Positions 29,943-40,073 of a stretch of 64,000 bases of DNA are shown here, piece after piece. The position numbers and the translations under genes are program-made. Each line of letters starts with the position of its first letter. Position 1 is the stretch's first letter. A model generated the notes under the pieces. The model was given only the letters and a program-made list of their open reading frames with translations. It searched no databases and was not told the origin of the DNA. The DNA lies in contig OY969696.1 of NCBI GenBank assembly GCA_963702005.1, positions 1,568,001-1,632,000 of the forward strand, in the 5' to 3' direction. Source of the DNA: Candidatus Aminicenantes bacterium (lineage in GTDB: Bacteria > Acidobacteriota > Aminicenantia > Aminicenantales > JAFGBC01).

Positions 29943-31421
29943 TCAGCGGTCGGCCCAGGCGTAACCGGACAGGAAGGCCAGACGGGCGATGTCGGCCAGG
30001 ATATCCGGGTTGATCCGGTAGATCGTGTCCCCCGGCAGATGGTAGGCGAGATGGGGCCCGTTCGAGAAGAAGGACATGCAGGGAACGCCCTTGAGGAAGA
30101 AGGGAGCGAAGTCGGAGCTCCGGACGCCGACGTGGCCGATCGTCCCCGTATTCCGAAGGGTGTGGACGAAGGCGTCCGCCTCGTCGAGCATCCGCTTGAA
30201 GTCCGCGGCGTCGGCCGTGAACATGACGGCGGAGCCGTCGCCCTCGCCCACCATGTCGAAGTTGAACATGCCGTCCGCCTTGGCGAAAACCGCCGGCAGA
30301 TGCTCGGCGAAATAATGAGATCCCTGGAGCCCCATCTCCTCGCCGCCGAAAAGGACGAACAGGACGGAGCGGCGCGGCTTGCGGCCGAGCCGGGCGAAGG
30401 CCCGGGCCGTCTCCATGACGACGGAGCTCCCGCTCGCGTTGTCGTCGGCGCCGGGGAAGAGGATTCCGCAGTGGAAGCCGTTGTGGTCGAAATGGCCGCC
30501 GACGACGAGACACTCGCGGCGGAGGCGCGGGTCGGAGCCCTCGACATAGCCGGCCACGTTGTACCCGACGGCGCCGGCGTCATAGCGGGCCGTCACCGCG
30601 CAGGCGATCTTGGCGCGGAGCGGGAAGGACAGGGGCCGCTGGAAAGTCGTCAGGACCTTGCGCAGGTCGGCCGCGGTCGTCTTTTTCTCCTTGAAAAGGA
30701 TGTCGGCCGCCTTCTCGCTGACCTCGGCCGGAAGGAAGCCGGACAGCCAATCGCCGTTGGGATTCGAGACCGGCTCGGGATAGATGTAGATGAGCCCGGC
30801 GGCGCCCCTGTCCCGGGCCGCCGCCATCCGGGTCCGGTGCTGGTCGTAGGGTTCGAACCGTTCGGATCCGTCCGGCGTACCCCGGAAGCAGAGGACGAAC
30901 TTCCCCTTGACGTCGATCCCGGCGTAGTCATCGTAGCCGAGCTCGGGAGCGGATATCCCCCAGCCGGCGAAGACGACCTCGGCCGTGACCGCGCCGCTGT
31001 CCGTGAAAAAGAGGGGCAAAAAATCTTTCAGCAGTTCGAGCTTGGCTTCTTTGAGGACGGGCGTCCCGTCCGGCGCCGGCTTCTCTTCGGGAACGAGGAA
31101 GGTCATCTCGGCTTTTTCGACCTGGGTGTAGGGAGAGGGGTAGGGCTGAAGAAAGCCGGTCTTGGCGTCGATCGGCTTCAGCCCCCATTCCCGGTACTTG
31201 GCGGCGGCCCATTTGGCGGCGGCCGTATATCCGGGATGCCCGGTCTGCCGGCCCGCGAACTCTTTCGAGGCCATCATCCGGCACAGCTCGTAGGGGCTTG
31301 CGGGCCGGATCGAGTCCAGGGACTTCCGGACGTCGGGGGCGAGCGTCTTCTCCGTCGCCGCGGCCGCGAATAGGGCAAGGCCGGCGATTAGAAAAAGGGC
31401 GAATAACCTGATGCGCGACAT
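29943..31421 (-). CDS. Secreted M28 peptidase with PA domain
   Basis: GGHFDH, GADDNASG, GEE, NFDMVG, SD, YH. Confidence 0.88.
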   Translation of the reverse strand: MSRIRLFALFLIAGLALFAAAATEKTLAPDVRKSLDSIRPASPYELCRMMASKEFAGRQTGHPGYTAAAKWAAAKYREWGLKPIDAKTGFLQPYPSPYTQVEKAEMTFLVPEEKPAPDGTPVLKEAKLELLKDFLPLFFTDSGAVTAEVVFAGWGISAPELGYDDYAGIDVKGKFVLCFRGTPDGSERFEPYDQHRTRMAAARDRGAAGLIYIYPEPVSNPNGDWLSGFLPAEVSEKAADILFKEKKTTAADLRKVLTTFQRPLSFPLRAKIACAVTARYDAGAVGYNVAGYVEGSDPRLRRECLVVGGHFDHNGFHCGILFPGADDNASGSSVVMETARAFARLGRKPRRSVLFVLFGGEEMGLQGSHYFAEHLPAVFAKADGMFNFDMVGEGDGSAVMFTADAADFKRMLDEADAFVHTLRNTGTIGHVGVRSSDFAPFFLKGVPCMSFFSNGPHLAYHLPGDTIYRINPDILADIARLAFLSGYAWADR

Positions 31422-31441
31422 GTTTGGACCTCCAGAGGACC

Positions 31442-31636
31442 TTATTTCTTCAAACTTTTCTTCCGGGCGATCTCCTTCCGGACGGCCTTATGGAGCACCA
31501 GGAGGTAGTAGAGGGCCAGAAGGAGGATGAGCGTGAGAAAACGAAGGAGCTGGCCTTTGGCCAGCGAGATAAAAGCGTAGCCCAGGACGCCGAGGAGCAA
31601 GAAGAGATGGACGAAGGCGAAGATCCAATCGTACAT
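31442..31636 (-). CDS. Small two-TM membrane protein
   Basis: Two hydrophobic helices and basic tail; fills the gap in a co-oriented run. Confidence 0.6.
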   Translation of the reverse strand: MYDWIFAFVHLFLLLGVLGYAFISLAKGQLLRFLTLILLLALYYLLVLHKAVRKEIARKKSLKK

Positions 31637-31684
31637 CGGTTCATCCCGGCCGGCCGGGGATCGCGGCCGCCGGCCCGGCGCCGA

Positions 31685-32269
31685 TCACTTGGCTTCGACG
31701 CGGCGGATGGAGAGAATGGTCACCGTCTCGCGGGGGGCGTCGCCGTAGCCCTTGATGGTCGCGGCCGGGACCAAGGCGATGGCGTCCACGACGTCGAGTC
31801 CCTGGACGACTTTTCCGAAAACGCAGTAGCCGAACCCGTCCGGCGTGTTGTCGCGGTGATTCAGGAAGGTATTGTCGGCATGGTTGATGAAGAACTGCGA
31901 GGTGGCGGAATCGACGACGTTCGTTCGGGCCATGGCGACCGTGCCCCGCAGGTTCTTGAGCCCGTTGGCGGCCTCGTTTTTGATGGGGGCCTGGGTTGCC
32001 TTTTCGTGGAAATCGGGAGTCAGTCCGCCGCCCTGGATCATGAAGCCCTTAATGACCCGGTGGAAGATCGTCCCGTCGTAGAACTGGGCGTCCACGTAGG
32101 CCAGGAAGTTCTTGACCGTGAGCGGCGCCTTGGCCGCGTCGAGCTCGATCGTGATGTCGCCCTTGTTCGTCTTCAACAGGACGCGGGGATTCTGGGGGCC
32201 GGCCTGGGCCGAGACTACGGCGAGCGCTCCGAATAATAAAATGAGAGTCAAGCCGATAAGGATTCTCAT
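31685..32269 (-). CDS. ppiA: Periplasmic cyclophilin-type peptidyl-prolyl isomerase
   Basis: [27 protein letters not shown]; signal peptide. Confidence 0.88.
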   Translation of the reverse strand: MRILIGLTLILLFGALAVVSAQAGPQNPRVLLKTNKGDITIELDAAKAPLTVKNFLAYVDAQFYDGTIFHRVIKGFMIQGGGLTPDFHEKATQAPIKNEAANGLKNLRGTVAMARTNVVDSATSQFFINHADNTFLNHRDNTPDGFGYCVFGKVVQGLDVVDAIALVPAATIKGYGDAPRETVTILSIRRVEAK

Positions 32270-32563
32270 GATGTCTGCCTCCTCGATCCGACGGCGGACC
32301 TAAAAAGGCAACGATACCAGAAACCCGTCCGGCGCGCAACCTCCGGAGAAAGCCTAACGACAACCCGGAAGCCGTCTCGATCATTCAAGGCGCCGGAGAA
32401 ATAAACGAGGCCATCCGGGCCAAAAGAAAATTTATTAGTTTTACGGCCTTGATCTTCTTGCGGGGAATAATAAGGCGGTTGACGTCTCCAGGCCGGTCGA
32501 TTTCGTCAGATAGATCTCATTTCAGGAGCAAAATTACATATTCTATCTAATAGAGACAGGCGC

Positions 32564-33862
32564 TTATTTCTTCTCCGGTCGGTTCTTCCACTTCTCGTAC
32601 TGGAGGTCCCACCAGTTGGCCTGGTCGATGTGCTTGCCGTTGATGAAGATATGCTTGACGTCGGCCCGGGCGTCGAGGGGGTCGCCCGTCGTCAGGAACA
32701 GGTCGGCGTCCTTGCCGGGCTCGAGGCTTCCCAGCCGGTCCTCGACGCCCAGGATGCGGGCGGGGTTGATCGTCAACGCCTTGAGGGCCGCTTCTCGGTC
32801 CAATCCGAAGGCAACCGCCTTGGCGGCGTGGTAGGTGATGTCCTTGCCCTGGGCCGGGTCTTCCCCCGACGAGAAGCAGAGGAGAACGCCGGCCTTGGCC
32901 AGCTCGACGACGTTCCGGTAGGGGGCGTCGTAGCCGTCCTCGGGCTCGGACGGACCCTGGTAGAGGCTGTCGATGATGACCGGGATGCCGGCCTCCTTGA
33001 TTTTATCGGCGACTTTATAGCCCTGGACGCAGCCTCGCAGGATGGCCTTGAGCTTTTCCTCCTTGATGAATTTAAGGGCGAGCTCGATGTCCTTGGCCTT
33101 CTCGACGGAGACTATGACGGGAAGGGTCCCGTCGAGGACGGGGGCCAGGGCCTCGAACTTCGGGTTGGCGGCCGGCGGACGGACGGCCGGATTCGCGGCC
33201 GCGAGTTTCTTGAGCTCGAGATAGCGCCGGGCCTCCTTGAGGTAGTCCTTGATTTTGTCGACGAGCTTCGAGGTCACTTCGTCCCCGGTCTCTTTCTGAG
33301 CGCCGCCCCCCTCGCGAGAGGGCCGCGGCGTCATCGGGAAATTGATCAAGGAGGCCGCGACCGGCTTGACGGCCATCTCGGGGAAGGTCCATCCGTCCAT
33401 CTTGACCAGGGCCGCCAGACCCGGGAAGGTCCCCCCGGCCGGCGCAACCAGCGCCGTCGTCGTCCCGTTGACGCGGCCCGTCCCGAAGTGGACCGAGTGG
33501 GGATTGATGGCCCAGCCGGCCTGAAGCTCGGGATTTTCCTTGCCGAGATCGCGGACGTCGACGGTCGAGGCGATGGCTCCGATTTCGACGAGCCCGTAGT
33601 ACGAGAAGGCGTCGATGATGCCGGGGTAGGCGGTGAGGCCCGAGGCGTCGAGGACCGGCGTCCCATCCGGGGCGGCCACATCCTTGCCCAGGGCCTTGAT
33701 CTTGCCGTCCTCGATCAGGATGTCGCCCTTGTCTATAACGGGACCGGCCATCGGGACGATGACGGCGTTCTTGATCAAAAACCGGGACGGTTCGGCCGAA
33801 CGCAGACTCGGACCGGACAGGGCCGCGGCGGCGATGAGGGCGAGAACGATGTGCTTTTTCAT
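32564..33862 (-). CDS. Secreted amidohydrolase-superfamily protein (HxH degenerate)
   Basis: PGIIDAFSY, TINPA.ILG..DRLGSLEPGKDAD. Confidence 0.82.
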   Translation of the reverse strand: MKKHIVLALIAAAALSGPSLRSAEPSRFLIKNAVIVPMAGPVIDKGDILIEDGKIKALGKDVAAPDGTPVLDASGLTAYPGIIDAFSYYGLVEIGAIASTVDVRDLGKENPELQAGWAINPHSVHFGTGRVNGTTTALVAPAGGTFPGLAALVKMDGWTFPEMAVKPVAASLINFPMTPRPSREGGGAQKETGDEVTSKLVDKIKDYLKEARRYLELKKLAAANPAVRPPAANPKFEALAPVLDGTLPVIVSVEKAKDIELALKFIKEEKLKAILRGCVQGYKVADKIKEAGIPVIIDSLYQGPSEPEDGYDAPYRNVVELAKAGVLLCFSSGEDPAQGKDITYHAAKAVAFGLDREAALKALTINPARILGVEDRLGSLEPGKDADLFLTTGDPLDARADVKHIFINGKHIDQANWWDLQYEKWKNRPEKK

Positions 33863-33864
33863 GA

Positions 33865-35217
33865 TCAGACCTCCGATCCGTCCTTCTTATCTTTGGGGGC
33901 CTTGGCCTCGGCCTCCTTCTTCTTGGCTTCCTCGGCTTTCTTCCGCTCCTCCAGGAACTTGGCCCGGTCGAACAGGACCTTTCCGTCGACGAGGGTCATC
34001 TCGCAGACGGTGTAGGGGTCGAGCGGGTGGCGGCTGAAGACGGCGATATCCGCGTCCTTGCCGGGCGCGAGCGTCCCCGTCCACTTGTCGATTCCGCAGA
34101 TGATCGCCGGATTCAGGGTCAGGGTCTTGATGGCCTCGGCCTCGCTGAGGCCGCCGAAGCGGATCGTCTTGGCCGCGTCGTTGAAGAGGTGCCGCATTCG
34201 CTCGGCGTCGTCCGAGTCGAGGGCGACCAGGACGCCGCGCTTGGCCATCAGAGCCACGGCATAGGGGCTTGTGTTATAGGCCTCCCATTTATACGCCCAG
34301 AAGTCGGCGAAGGTCGAAACCGCGACGCCGTAGGCCTTGAGCTCGTCGGCGATCCGGTAGCCTTCCAGGCCGTGCTCGAAGCAGACGAGCTTGACGCCGT
34401 ATTCCTTGCAGAGCTTCATGATCGAGAGCATTTCCTCCGACTGATAGGCGTGGCAGCGGATCCAGAGCTTTCCGCGCAGGATGTCGGCCACACCCTCGAG
34501 CCTGTAATCCTTGCGGGGCGGGAGCGGCGCCGGCCGCTTGGCCTTGGCGGCTTCCCGGGCTTTCCGGGCGAACTCGTCCCAGGCCGCCATGTAATCCTTG
34601 GCCAGCTCGAACTCCTTGCGGATGGATGCCTCGACCCCCATCCGGCTCTTGGGGTAGCGGGGCCGGCCGGGCATCATCATGTTCGACTGCTTGGGATTTT
34701 CGCCCAGCGCCCATTTGCTCGTGGGCGGCGCGCCTTGGAAAATCAGGTCGGAGGCTTTGGCGCCCCAGCGGAGCTTGAGGACGACGCCGCGGCCGGCGAT
34801 CGGGTTGGCCGAGCCGTGCATGGTGTGGATGGATGTGACGCCGCCGGTCAGGGCGTAGTAGATGTTGATGTCTTCGGGGTTGATGATGTCGCGGACGTCC
34901 ACCTCGGACGTGATAAGATCGCCCGATTCGTTGACATCGCCCTCGAGGGCGATGTGGGAGTGGGAGTCGATGATGCCGGGCATGACCCACTTGCCGCCGA
35001 GGTCGATGACTTCGAGGTCGGGGCCGGCCGGGAGGCCGGGCCCGATCCGGACGATCTTACCATCCCGGATGAGGATATCGCCGTCGAGGTTGGGGCCGGC
35101 GACGGGGATGAGATGTCCGTTCTTGAGGAGAAGGCCCTTGGGGGCAGCGGGGAGACTGGTCAGCAGTCCCGCCGCGGCCAGGGCCAGCAGGGTCAATGCG
35201 AAGATCTTGGTTTTCAT
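33865..35217 (-). CDS. Secreted amidohydrolase (HxH intact)
   Basis: PGIIDSHSH, KWALGENPK, CHAY, FEH, SDD. Confidence 0.88.
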   Translation of the reverse strand: MKTKIFALTLLALAAAGLLTSLPAAPKGLLLKNGHLIPVAGPNLDGDILIRDGKIVRIGPGLPAGPDLEVIDLGGKWVMPGIIDSHSHIALEGDVNESGDLITSEVDVRDIINPEDINIYYALTGGVTSIHTMHGSANPIAGRGVVLKLRWGAKASDLIFQGAPPTSKWALGENPKQSNMMMPGRPRYPKSRMGVEASIRKEFELAKDYMAAWDEFARKAREAAKAKRPAPLPPRKDYRLEGVADILRGKLWIRCHAYQSEEMLSIMKLCKEYGVKLVCFEHGLEGYRIADELKAYGVAVSTFADFWAYKWEAYNTSPYAVALMAKRGVLVALDSDDAERMRHLFNDAAKTIRFGGLSEAEAIKTLTLNPAIICGIDKWTGTLAPGKDADIAVFSRHPLDPYTVCEMTLVDGKVLFDRAKFLEERKKAEEAKKKEAEAKAPKDKKDGSEV

Positions 35218-35227
35218 GCGGATTCTC

Positions 35228-36841
35228 CTAAGCGGGAACGCGTTTCGCCGTGAATTCGATCGAGCCCGATGTGCCCTGGATGAACGTGCCGCGCATGGTG
35301 TCGCCCTCGACCTCGCCCGAGATGAAGAGGTCGATCTGCTGGCCGCCGACCGTGAGATTGATCTCGAAGCTGACCTGGTTGCCGGAGACCGTGCCGCCCG
35401 TGAAGTCGAACAACCCGAACGGCGTCATGAGCTTTCCGGAAACCGCGCCCTCTTCCTGGACGAGGTCCAGGCTCAGCTTCGGCGCGCCCTCGGCCGTGAC
35501 GTCCCACTTCCCGGTGACATTGACGGTCGGCTTGGCGCCGGGCTTGGCCTCCTTGAACTCAACCTTGACCCCGTCGGCGAAGACCATCCGGACCTTGGCG
35601 TCCTTGGCCAGAAGATCGCCCTCGGCCAGGACGAGGTTCGCGATTTTGCCCGGGGCGACCGATCCCAACGCTCCGTCCAGCCCGAAGAAGGCGGCCGGCG
35701 TCACGGTCAGGGCGGCCAGGGCTTTCTCTTTGGGAAGCCCGGCTTCGACGGCTTTAAGGACGCCCTCGAGGAAGCTCTTGGGGTCATCGGTTCCGAAGGA
35801 AGAGAAAGCGAAGGGGACGCTGGCTTCGGCCAGCCGGGCCGGGTTGCGGGGATAGATCTCTTTTTCGGCCTTCTCCCGCTCCGTCTTCCCGCGCTGGGAG
35901 TAAAGGCTCGTTCCGGGGGCCTTGAAGGCGACCGTGCACAAGACGCGGGCCCGGGCTTGCTGGAGCTCGGGGATGACCTCGAAGGCTTCGCCCCCCAGGT
36001 CGCAGATGAAGAAGGCGAGCTTGAACTCGGCCGCGAGATCCAGGCTCCGCCGGATGTCGTGCTGGTTGCGGCAGAGGAAGACGACGGGTTTGGCTCCCGA
36101 GGCGTAGGGCTCAAGAATGTCGAACCCGGTGCTGTAGGAGGGCCGGGGATTTCCTTTCATCTCCTTCCGCCAGCGGTTCGATTGGAGCCCGTAGTAGGCG
36201 ACGTCCATGAACTCCTGTCTAAGAAAGGCGACCGCCCCCATCAGCGAGGTGGGATAGACGGGGAATGAGGATGTCAGGTACCCGATCCCGAGCGCGTAAT
36301 CCTTGAGGACGAGGGCCTTAGTCTTGTCCGGGTCGCACAGAGAAAAAAAGGACGCCCGGCCGGTCAATAAGCCCTTGTCGGGAAGGGCCAGCGCGGCCAG
36401 GATCCCGAGCTTTTGGTACTTTTCGAGGGTCGCTTTCCCGAGGCTGACGTAGTCATAGGCACCGATCTCGGGAGTGATCCCCTTGTCCTTATCGTTGAAG
36501 TCGCCGCTGTAGTATTTGGCCTGGTCGAATTTTTCCTCGGGGAACTTGAGGAGCGCCTGCCCTCCGGCGTCGATGAGCCCGGGATAGACCGTGAGCTTGG
36601 CTCCGTCGATGACCTCGGCGTCGGCCGGGATCGCGACAGCGGGGCCGACCGCTTCGATGAGGCCGTCGCGGATGACGACGACCGCTTTCCCCAGGGCCGG
36701 ACCCGAGGGCATGACGACGGCGCAATCCTTGATGGCCCAGACCCGGTGGAGGTTCTCCTCCGCGACGAGCCGGGAGTGCGGCGCCGCCAGACAGATAACG
36801 GCGGCGGCGATAAGACACGGCTTAATACGGGATTTGATCAT
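35228..36841 (-). CDS. Secreted amidohydrolase-superfamily protein (HxH degenerate) with C-terminal beta domain
   Basis: PGLIDAGGQ, YPTSLMG, GSVAPGKIANL; C-terminal VTGKW...F.A.R beta-rich domain. Confidence 0.82.
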   Translation of the reverse strand: MIKSRIKPCLIAAAVICLAAPHSRLVAEENLHRVWAIKDCAVVMPSGPALGKAVVVIRDGLIEAVGPAVAIPADAEVIDGAKLTVYPGLIDAGGQALLKFPEEKFDQAKYYSGDFNDKDKGITPEIGAYDYVSLGKATLEKYQKLGILAALALPDKGLLTGRASFFSLCDPDKTKALVLKDYALGIGYLTSSFPVYPTSLMGAVAFLRQEFMDVAYYGLQSNRWRKEMKGNPRPSYSTGFDILEPYASGAKPVVFLCRNQHDIRRSLDLAAEFKLAFFICDLGGEAFEVIPELQQARARVLCTVAFKAPGTSLYSQRGKTEREKAEKEIYPRNPARLAEASVPFAFSSFGTDDPKSFLEGVLKAVEAGLPKEKALAALTVTPAAFFGLDGALGSVAPGKIANLVLAEGDLLAKDAKVRMVFADGVKVEFKEAKPGAKPTVNVTGKWDVTAEGAPKLSLDLVQEEGAVSGKLMTPFGLFDFTGGTVSGNQVSFEINLTVGGQQIDLFISGEVEGDTMRGTFIQGTSGSIEFTAKRVPA

Positions 36842-37013
36842 GAGGCCTCCAGAGCAGAGAGGATTGTCATGGCGGGAAAAAACATCATATCTTTATTTAA
36901 TACGGAAATAAAGATAAGAAGGTTCGTTTGGAATTCGTTTGCCCGGCGGCTTGTTGTTCGGAAAGAAGTTTAGTAAAATAGCGCACAAACGAAAGATTCC
37001 AAGGGAGGTAACC

Positions 37014-37850
37014 ATGACCAAGAAGAGACGTTTTCTTCTTGTGGCCGCGGCCGTCCTATTCGGCCTTTATCCCGCGGCCGGGCTTCGGGCCCAAGGCCAC
37101 TTCGAGATCGGCGTCCATTACGGCCAGTGGACGTTGGATCTCATGAAATCCGCCATCGAAGGGGCCATCAACGACGCCATCAAGACCGATCTCAGAGAAA
37201 AATTCCTGGAGGAAGTCCACAAGGATCATCCTCATCGCCAGCAGACCTCCTATACCCAGGACCTCACCTTCGATTCGGGGGGCGACAACTGGGGGTTTGA
37301 CGTCCGCTGGTTTCCGGCCGGCAACGACACCGCTTTCAGCGTGGGCTTGGCCCTGGAAAAAGTCAACATGCGGGCGTCCTTGACCGATATTTCGATAAAG
37401 ATGGGACTCGAGGATGACGTCACCCATAAAACCGGCGACATGATAGGGAGCGCGAAAGGGGACTTGAAGCTCAAGCCCCTGGCCTTTCTGGCCAACGTCC
37501 GCTGGGAATTTTCGCCCGGCTCCAAAGTCCGGCCTTTCCTCGTTTTCGGCCTGGGCATGACCGGAGGCTCGACCCTGGAAAATGCCGTCTTTTCTTACGA
37601 ATACTCGGGCGACTATAACCCGCCTGGAGAGCCTCATGAGCACTATGCCGGGTCGGATTCAAAGACCGGAACGGAGCTCAAAGATCAAGCCGAGGCCAAG
37701 GGCGAGGATTTTTCCATTCCGTCGGTCCTCCCTTTCGTCCAGCTCGAGCTCGGAATAGCCGCGGCCGTCCATAAGAACGTCGTCCTCCTCGTCAACGCCG
37801 GGGTCCTCGACGGTTTCGTCCTGAGGGCGGGAGTCGCTGTCCGGATATAA
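37014..37850 (+). CDS. Putative outer-membrane beta-barrel protein
   Basis: GGAGG RBS, signal peptide, amphipathic strands ending LRAGVAVRI. Confidence 0.65.
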   Translation: MTKKRRFLLVAAAVLFGLYPAAGLRAQGHFEIGVHYGQWTLDLMKSAIEGAINDAIKTDLREKFLEEVHKDHPHRQQTSYTQDLTFDSGGDNWGFDVRWFPAGNDTAFSVGLALEKVNMRASLTDISIKMGLEDDVTHKTGDMIGSAKGDLKLKPLAFLANVRWEFSPGSKVRPFLVFGLGMTGGSTLENAVFSYEYSGDYNPPGEPHEHYAGSDSKTGTELKDQAEAKGEDFSIPSVLPFVQLELGIAAAVHKNVVLLVNAGVLDGFVLRAGVAVRI

Positions 37851-37934
37851 TTGAAACACCCTCATCGTTGATTTCGGGCTTTTTGTTTTTCCGTTATTCG
37901 CCTAAGATAGAGCTTCCGGAATAAGGAGGCACCC

Positions 37935-39506
37935 ATGAAAGCGAATCGTCTTCGTGTCCTGATACTGAGCCTGATCCTGATCCTCGCTTCGGCCGTCGCG
38001 GGTCCCGTCGCGGCCGTGCCCGGCCTCGACGGGACTGCCCAGGACCAGAAATCCCAGCCGAGCGACGAGCGGATGATCCTGGATGCCATGCACGGGATCT
38101 CCAGCCATGCGCTCCTCGGCTACGTCCAGGAGCTCGTCTCCGAGAAGTTCGGCGGGCGCCTGACCGGGACGAAGGAGTTCAATGACTGCAGTGAATGGGT
38201 CGCCGGGCTGTTCAAGGCTTGGGGGGTCAAACCGGCGGGCGAGGACGGGACTTTTTTCCAGTCGTTCCCCGACCCCTATACCATCGTCTTTCCCGGCGGC
38301 GAAGTCGATCTGGTCATGCCGCAGGCCAAGTCCAAGGACGTCATCGTCAAGCCCTACAAGTACGAGGACGAGTTCATTCCGGGAGGGACGTCGGGGACCG
38401 GCCAAGTGACGGCCGAGGTCGTCTATGTCGGCTACGGGGTCACGGCGCCCGAGCTCAATTACGATGACTATAAAGGCGTTGACGTCAAGGGCAAGATCGT
38501 TCTCATGGAACGGGAAGTCCCCGTTTCCCCCGACAAGGACGCCGCACTCTTCAAGAAATGGCGCCCCTATTCGTTCCACCAGTTTAAGCTAGAGAACGCC
38601 GCCGCCCACGGCGCTAAGGGCCTGCTCTACAACTACGGGCCGATCGGCAACCCGAACAACGCTTACATCGAGGGCTTCGTCTATGCCCACGTCGGCGAAG
38701 CCGTGGTTAAAGACGTTTTCGCCGGGACGGGCCGAAACCACGACGACGTCGTAAGCGCCATCGATAAGACGCTCCGGCCCAGCTCCTTTGCCACCGGGAA
38801 GCTCTATACGATCCGGACCAAGACGGAGCACCACCCCGAGGGCGTCGGGCGGAACGTCCTGGCCATGATCGAAGGATCGGATCCCAAGCTCAAGGAAGAA
38901 GTCATCATCCTGGGCGGGCATCTCGATCATTTAGGGAGGGCCTGGGTCCTCATGCCCGGCGCCAACGACAATGCGGCGGCAGTGGCCGTAACGTTGGGAG
39001 TCGCGGACGCGATGGCCAAATGCGCGGTCAAGCCTAAGCGGTCGATCCTTTTTCTCCTGTTCGGGGCCGAGGAGCAGGCCGTGGCCGGGTCCAATTATTA
39101 CGTCAATACCCGCCCTCTGGTCTCTCTCGATAAGACGGTCTGCTACATTAATATGGAATTGGCAGGCTCGGGGGACAAGTTGAATATACTGGCCGGCGAT
39201 AATTTCCCCGCGCTGCGGGGCTTCCTGGACAAGGCCAATCAAACCTATATTCATCGGGTCATGACGAGCAGTTCCTTCGCCAACCTAGGCCGTCCCCGCC
39301 AGGATGTCACCTGGTTTCTCTGGAAGGGAGTGCCCGGCGTCACGGTCGGGGCCTCCGGGTTCGATCCCGGCCGGCCGACCTATCACACTCCCCACGACAA
39401 CCTGGACCTGATCACGCCCGAGATCATGGAAGACCTGGCCCAGCTCCTGTTCATGGCGATCATGGACATGAGCGACGAGCCGGCGCTCGACTTCCGGAAG
39501 AAATGA
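37935..39506 (+). CDS. Secreted M28 peptidase with PA domain
   Basis: GGHLDH, GANDNA, AEE, YHT; AGGAGG RBS. Confidence 0.88.
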   Translation: MKANRLRVLILSLILILASAVAGPVAAVPGLDGTAQDQKSQPSDERMILDAMHGISSHALLGYVQELVSEKFGGRLTGTKEFNDCSEWVAGLFKAWGVKPAGEDGTFFQSFPDPYTIVFPGGEVDLVMPQAKSKDVIVKPYKYEDEFIPGGTSGTGQVTAEVVYVGYGVTAPELNYDDYKGVDVKGKIVLMEREVPVSPDKDAALFKKWRPYSFHQFKLENAAAHGAKGLLYNYGPIGNPNNAYIEGFVYAHVGEAVVKDVFAGTGRNHDDVVSAIDKTLRPSSFATGKLYTIRTKTEHHPEGVGRNVLAMIEGSDPKLKEEVIILGGHLDHLGRAWVLMPGANDNAAAVAVTLGVADAMAKCAVKPKRSILFLLFGAEEQAVAGSNYYVNTRPLVSLDKTVCYINMELAGSGDKLNILAGDNFPALRGFLDKANQTYIHRVMTSSSFANLGRPRQDVTWFLWKGVPGVTVGASGFDPGRPTYHTPHDNLDLITPEIMEDLAQLLFMAIMDMSDEPALDFRKK

Positions 39507-40045
39507 AAATGGAACCGCCGGACCCGGGCGGCGCTTCGGCCGGATGCGGCGGCGCGGCGGTCTCCGCCGCCGACGATAAATTCCGCTGGCGGGATTTCAT
39601 CCGCTTTACCGGGCTTCTCGTCGTCGCCGCCCTTCCGGTGGCTGCTGGGATGAGAGCGGCCGACTACGGAGCATGGCTCTGGATTTGGGCCGCTCTGATC
39701 GTGTCGGCCTTCTTCTTCCCGGGTTGGGGACTCCTCATTCTTTGCGGTCATTGTCCCCGCTACGGCCGGCCGGGCCGCTTCCTGCGCTGCCACGCAACCG
39801 TGTTGAGCTTCAAGCTCTGGAAGGCGCGGCCCGGGCCGATGAGCCGGTGGGAGCGAGCGGCTTTTCTTTCCTTCTTGGTCGTATTTTTCAGCTTCCCGCT
39901 GCCCTTCCTTATCCTGGGCGGTCAGTGGGGCTGGCTGGCGGTCTATGGAATCGGTGCCGCGCTGTTCGGCTCGGTCATCCGTCGCACGGAATGCCGGCGC
40001 TGCCCCAACCTGTCCTGCCCCCTGAACGCGGTAATCATCTGCTGA
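39503..40045 (+). CDS. Four-TM membrane protein with two Cys clusters
   Basis: CGHCPRY..C and CRRCPNLSCPLN; overlaps upstream stop (ATGA). Confidence 0.65.
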   Translation: MKMEPPDPGGASAGCGGAAVSAADDKFRWRDFIRFTGLLVVAALPVAAGMRAADYGAWLWIWAALIVSAFFFPGWGLLILCGHCPRYGRPGRFLRCHATVLSFKLWKARPGPMSRWERAAFLSFLVVFFSFPLPFLILGGQWGWLAVYGIGAALFGSVIRRTECRRCPNLSCPLNAVIIC

Positions 40046-40073
40046 CGGCGGCCCATTACAGAGTGGGCCGCCG

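Noticed and set aside
32270-32563. Riboswitch or ncRNA upstream of the cyclophilin gene
   Set aside because: No recognisable motif or convincing stems found by eye
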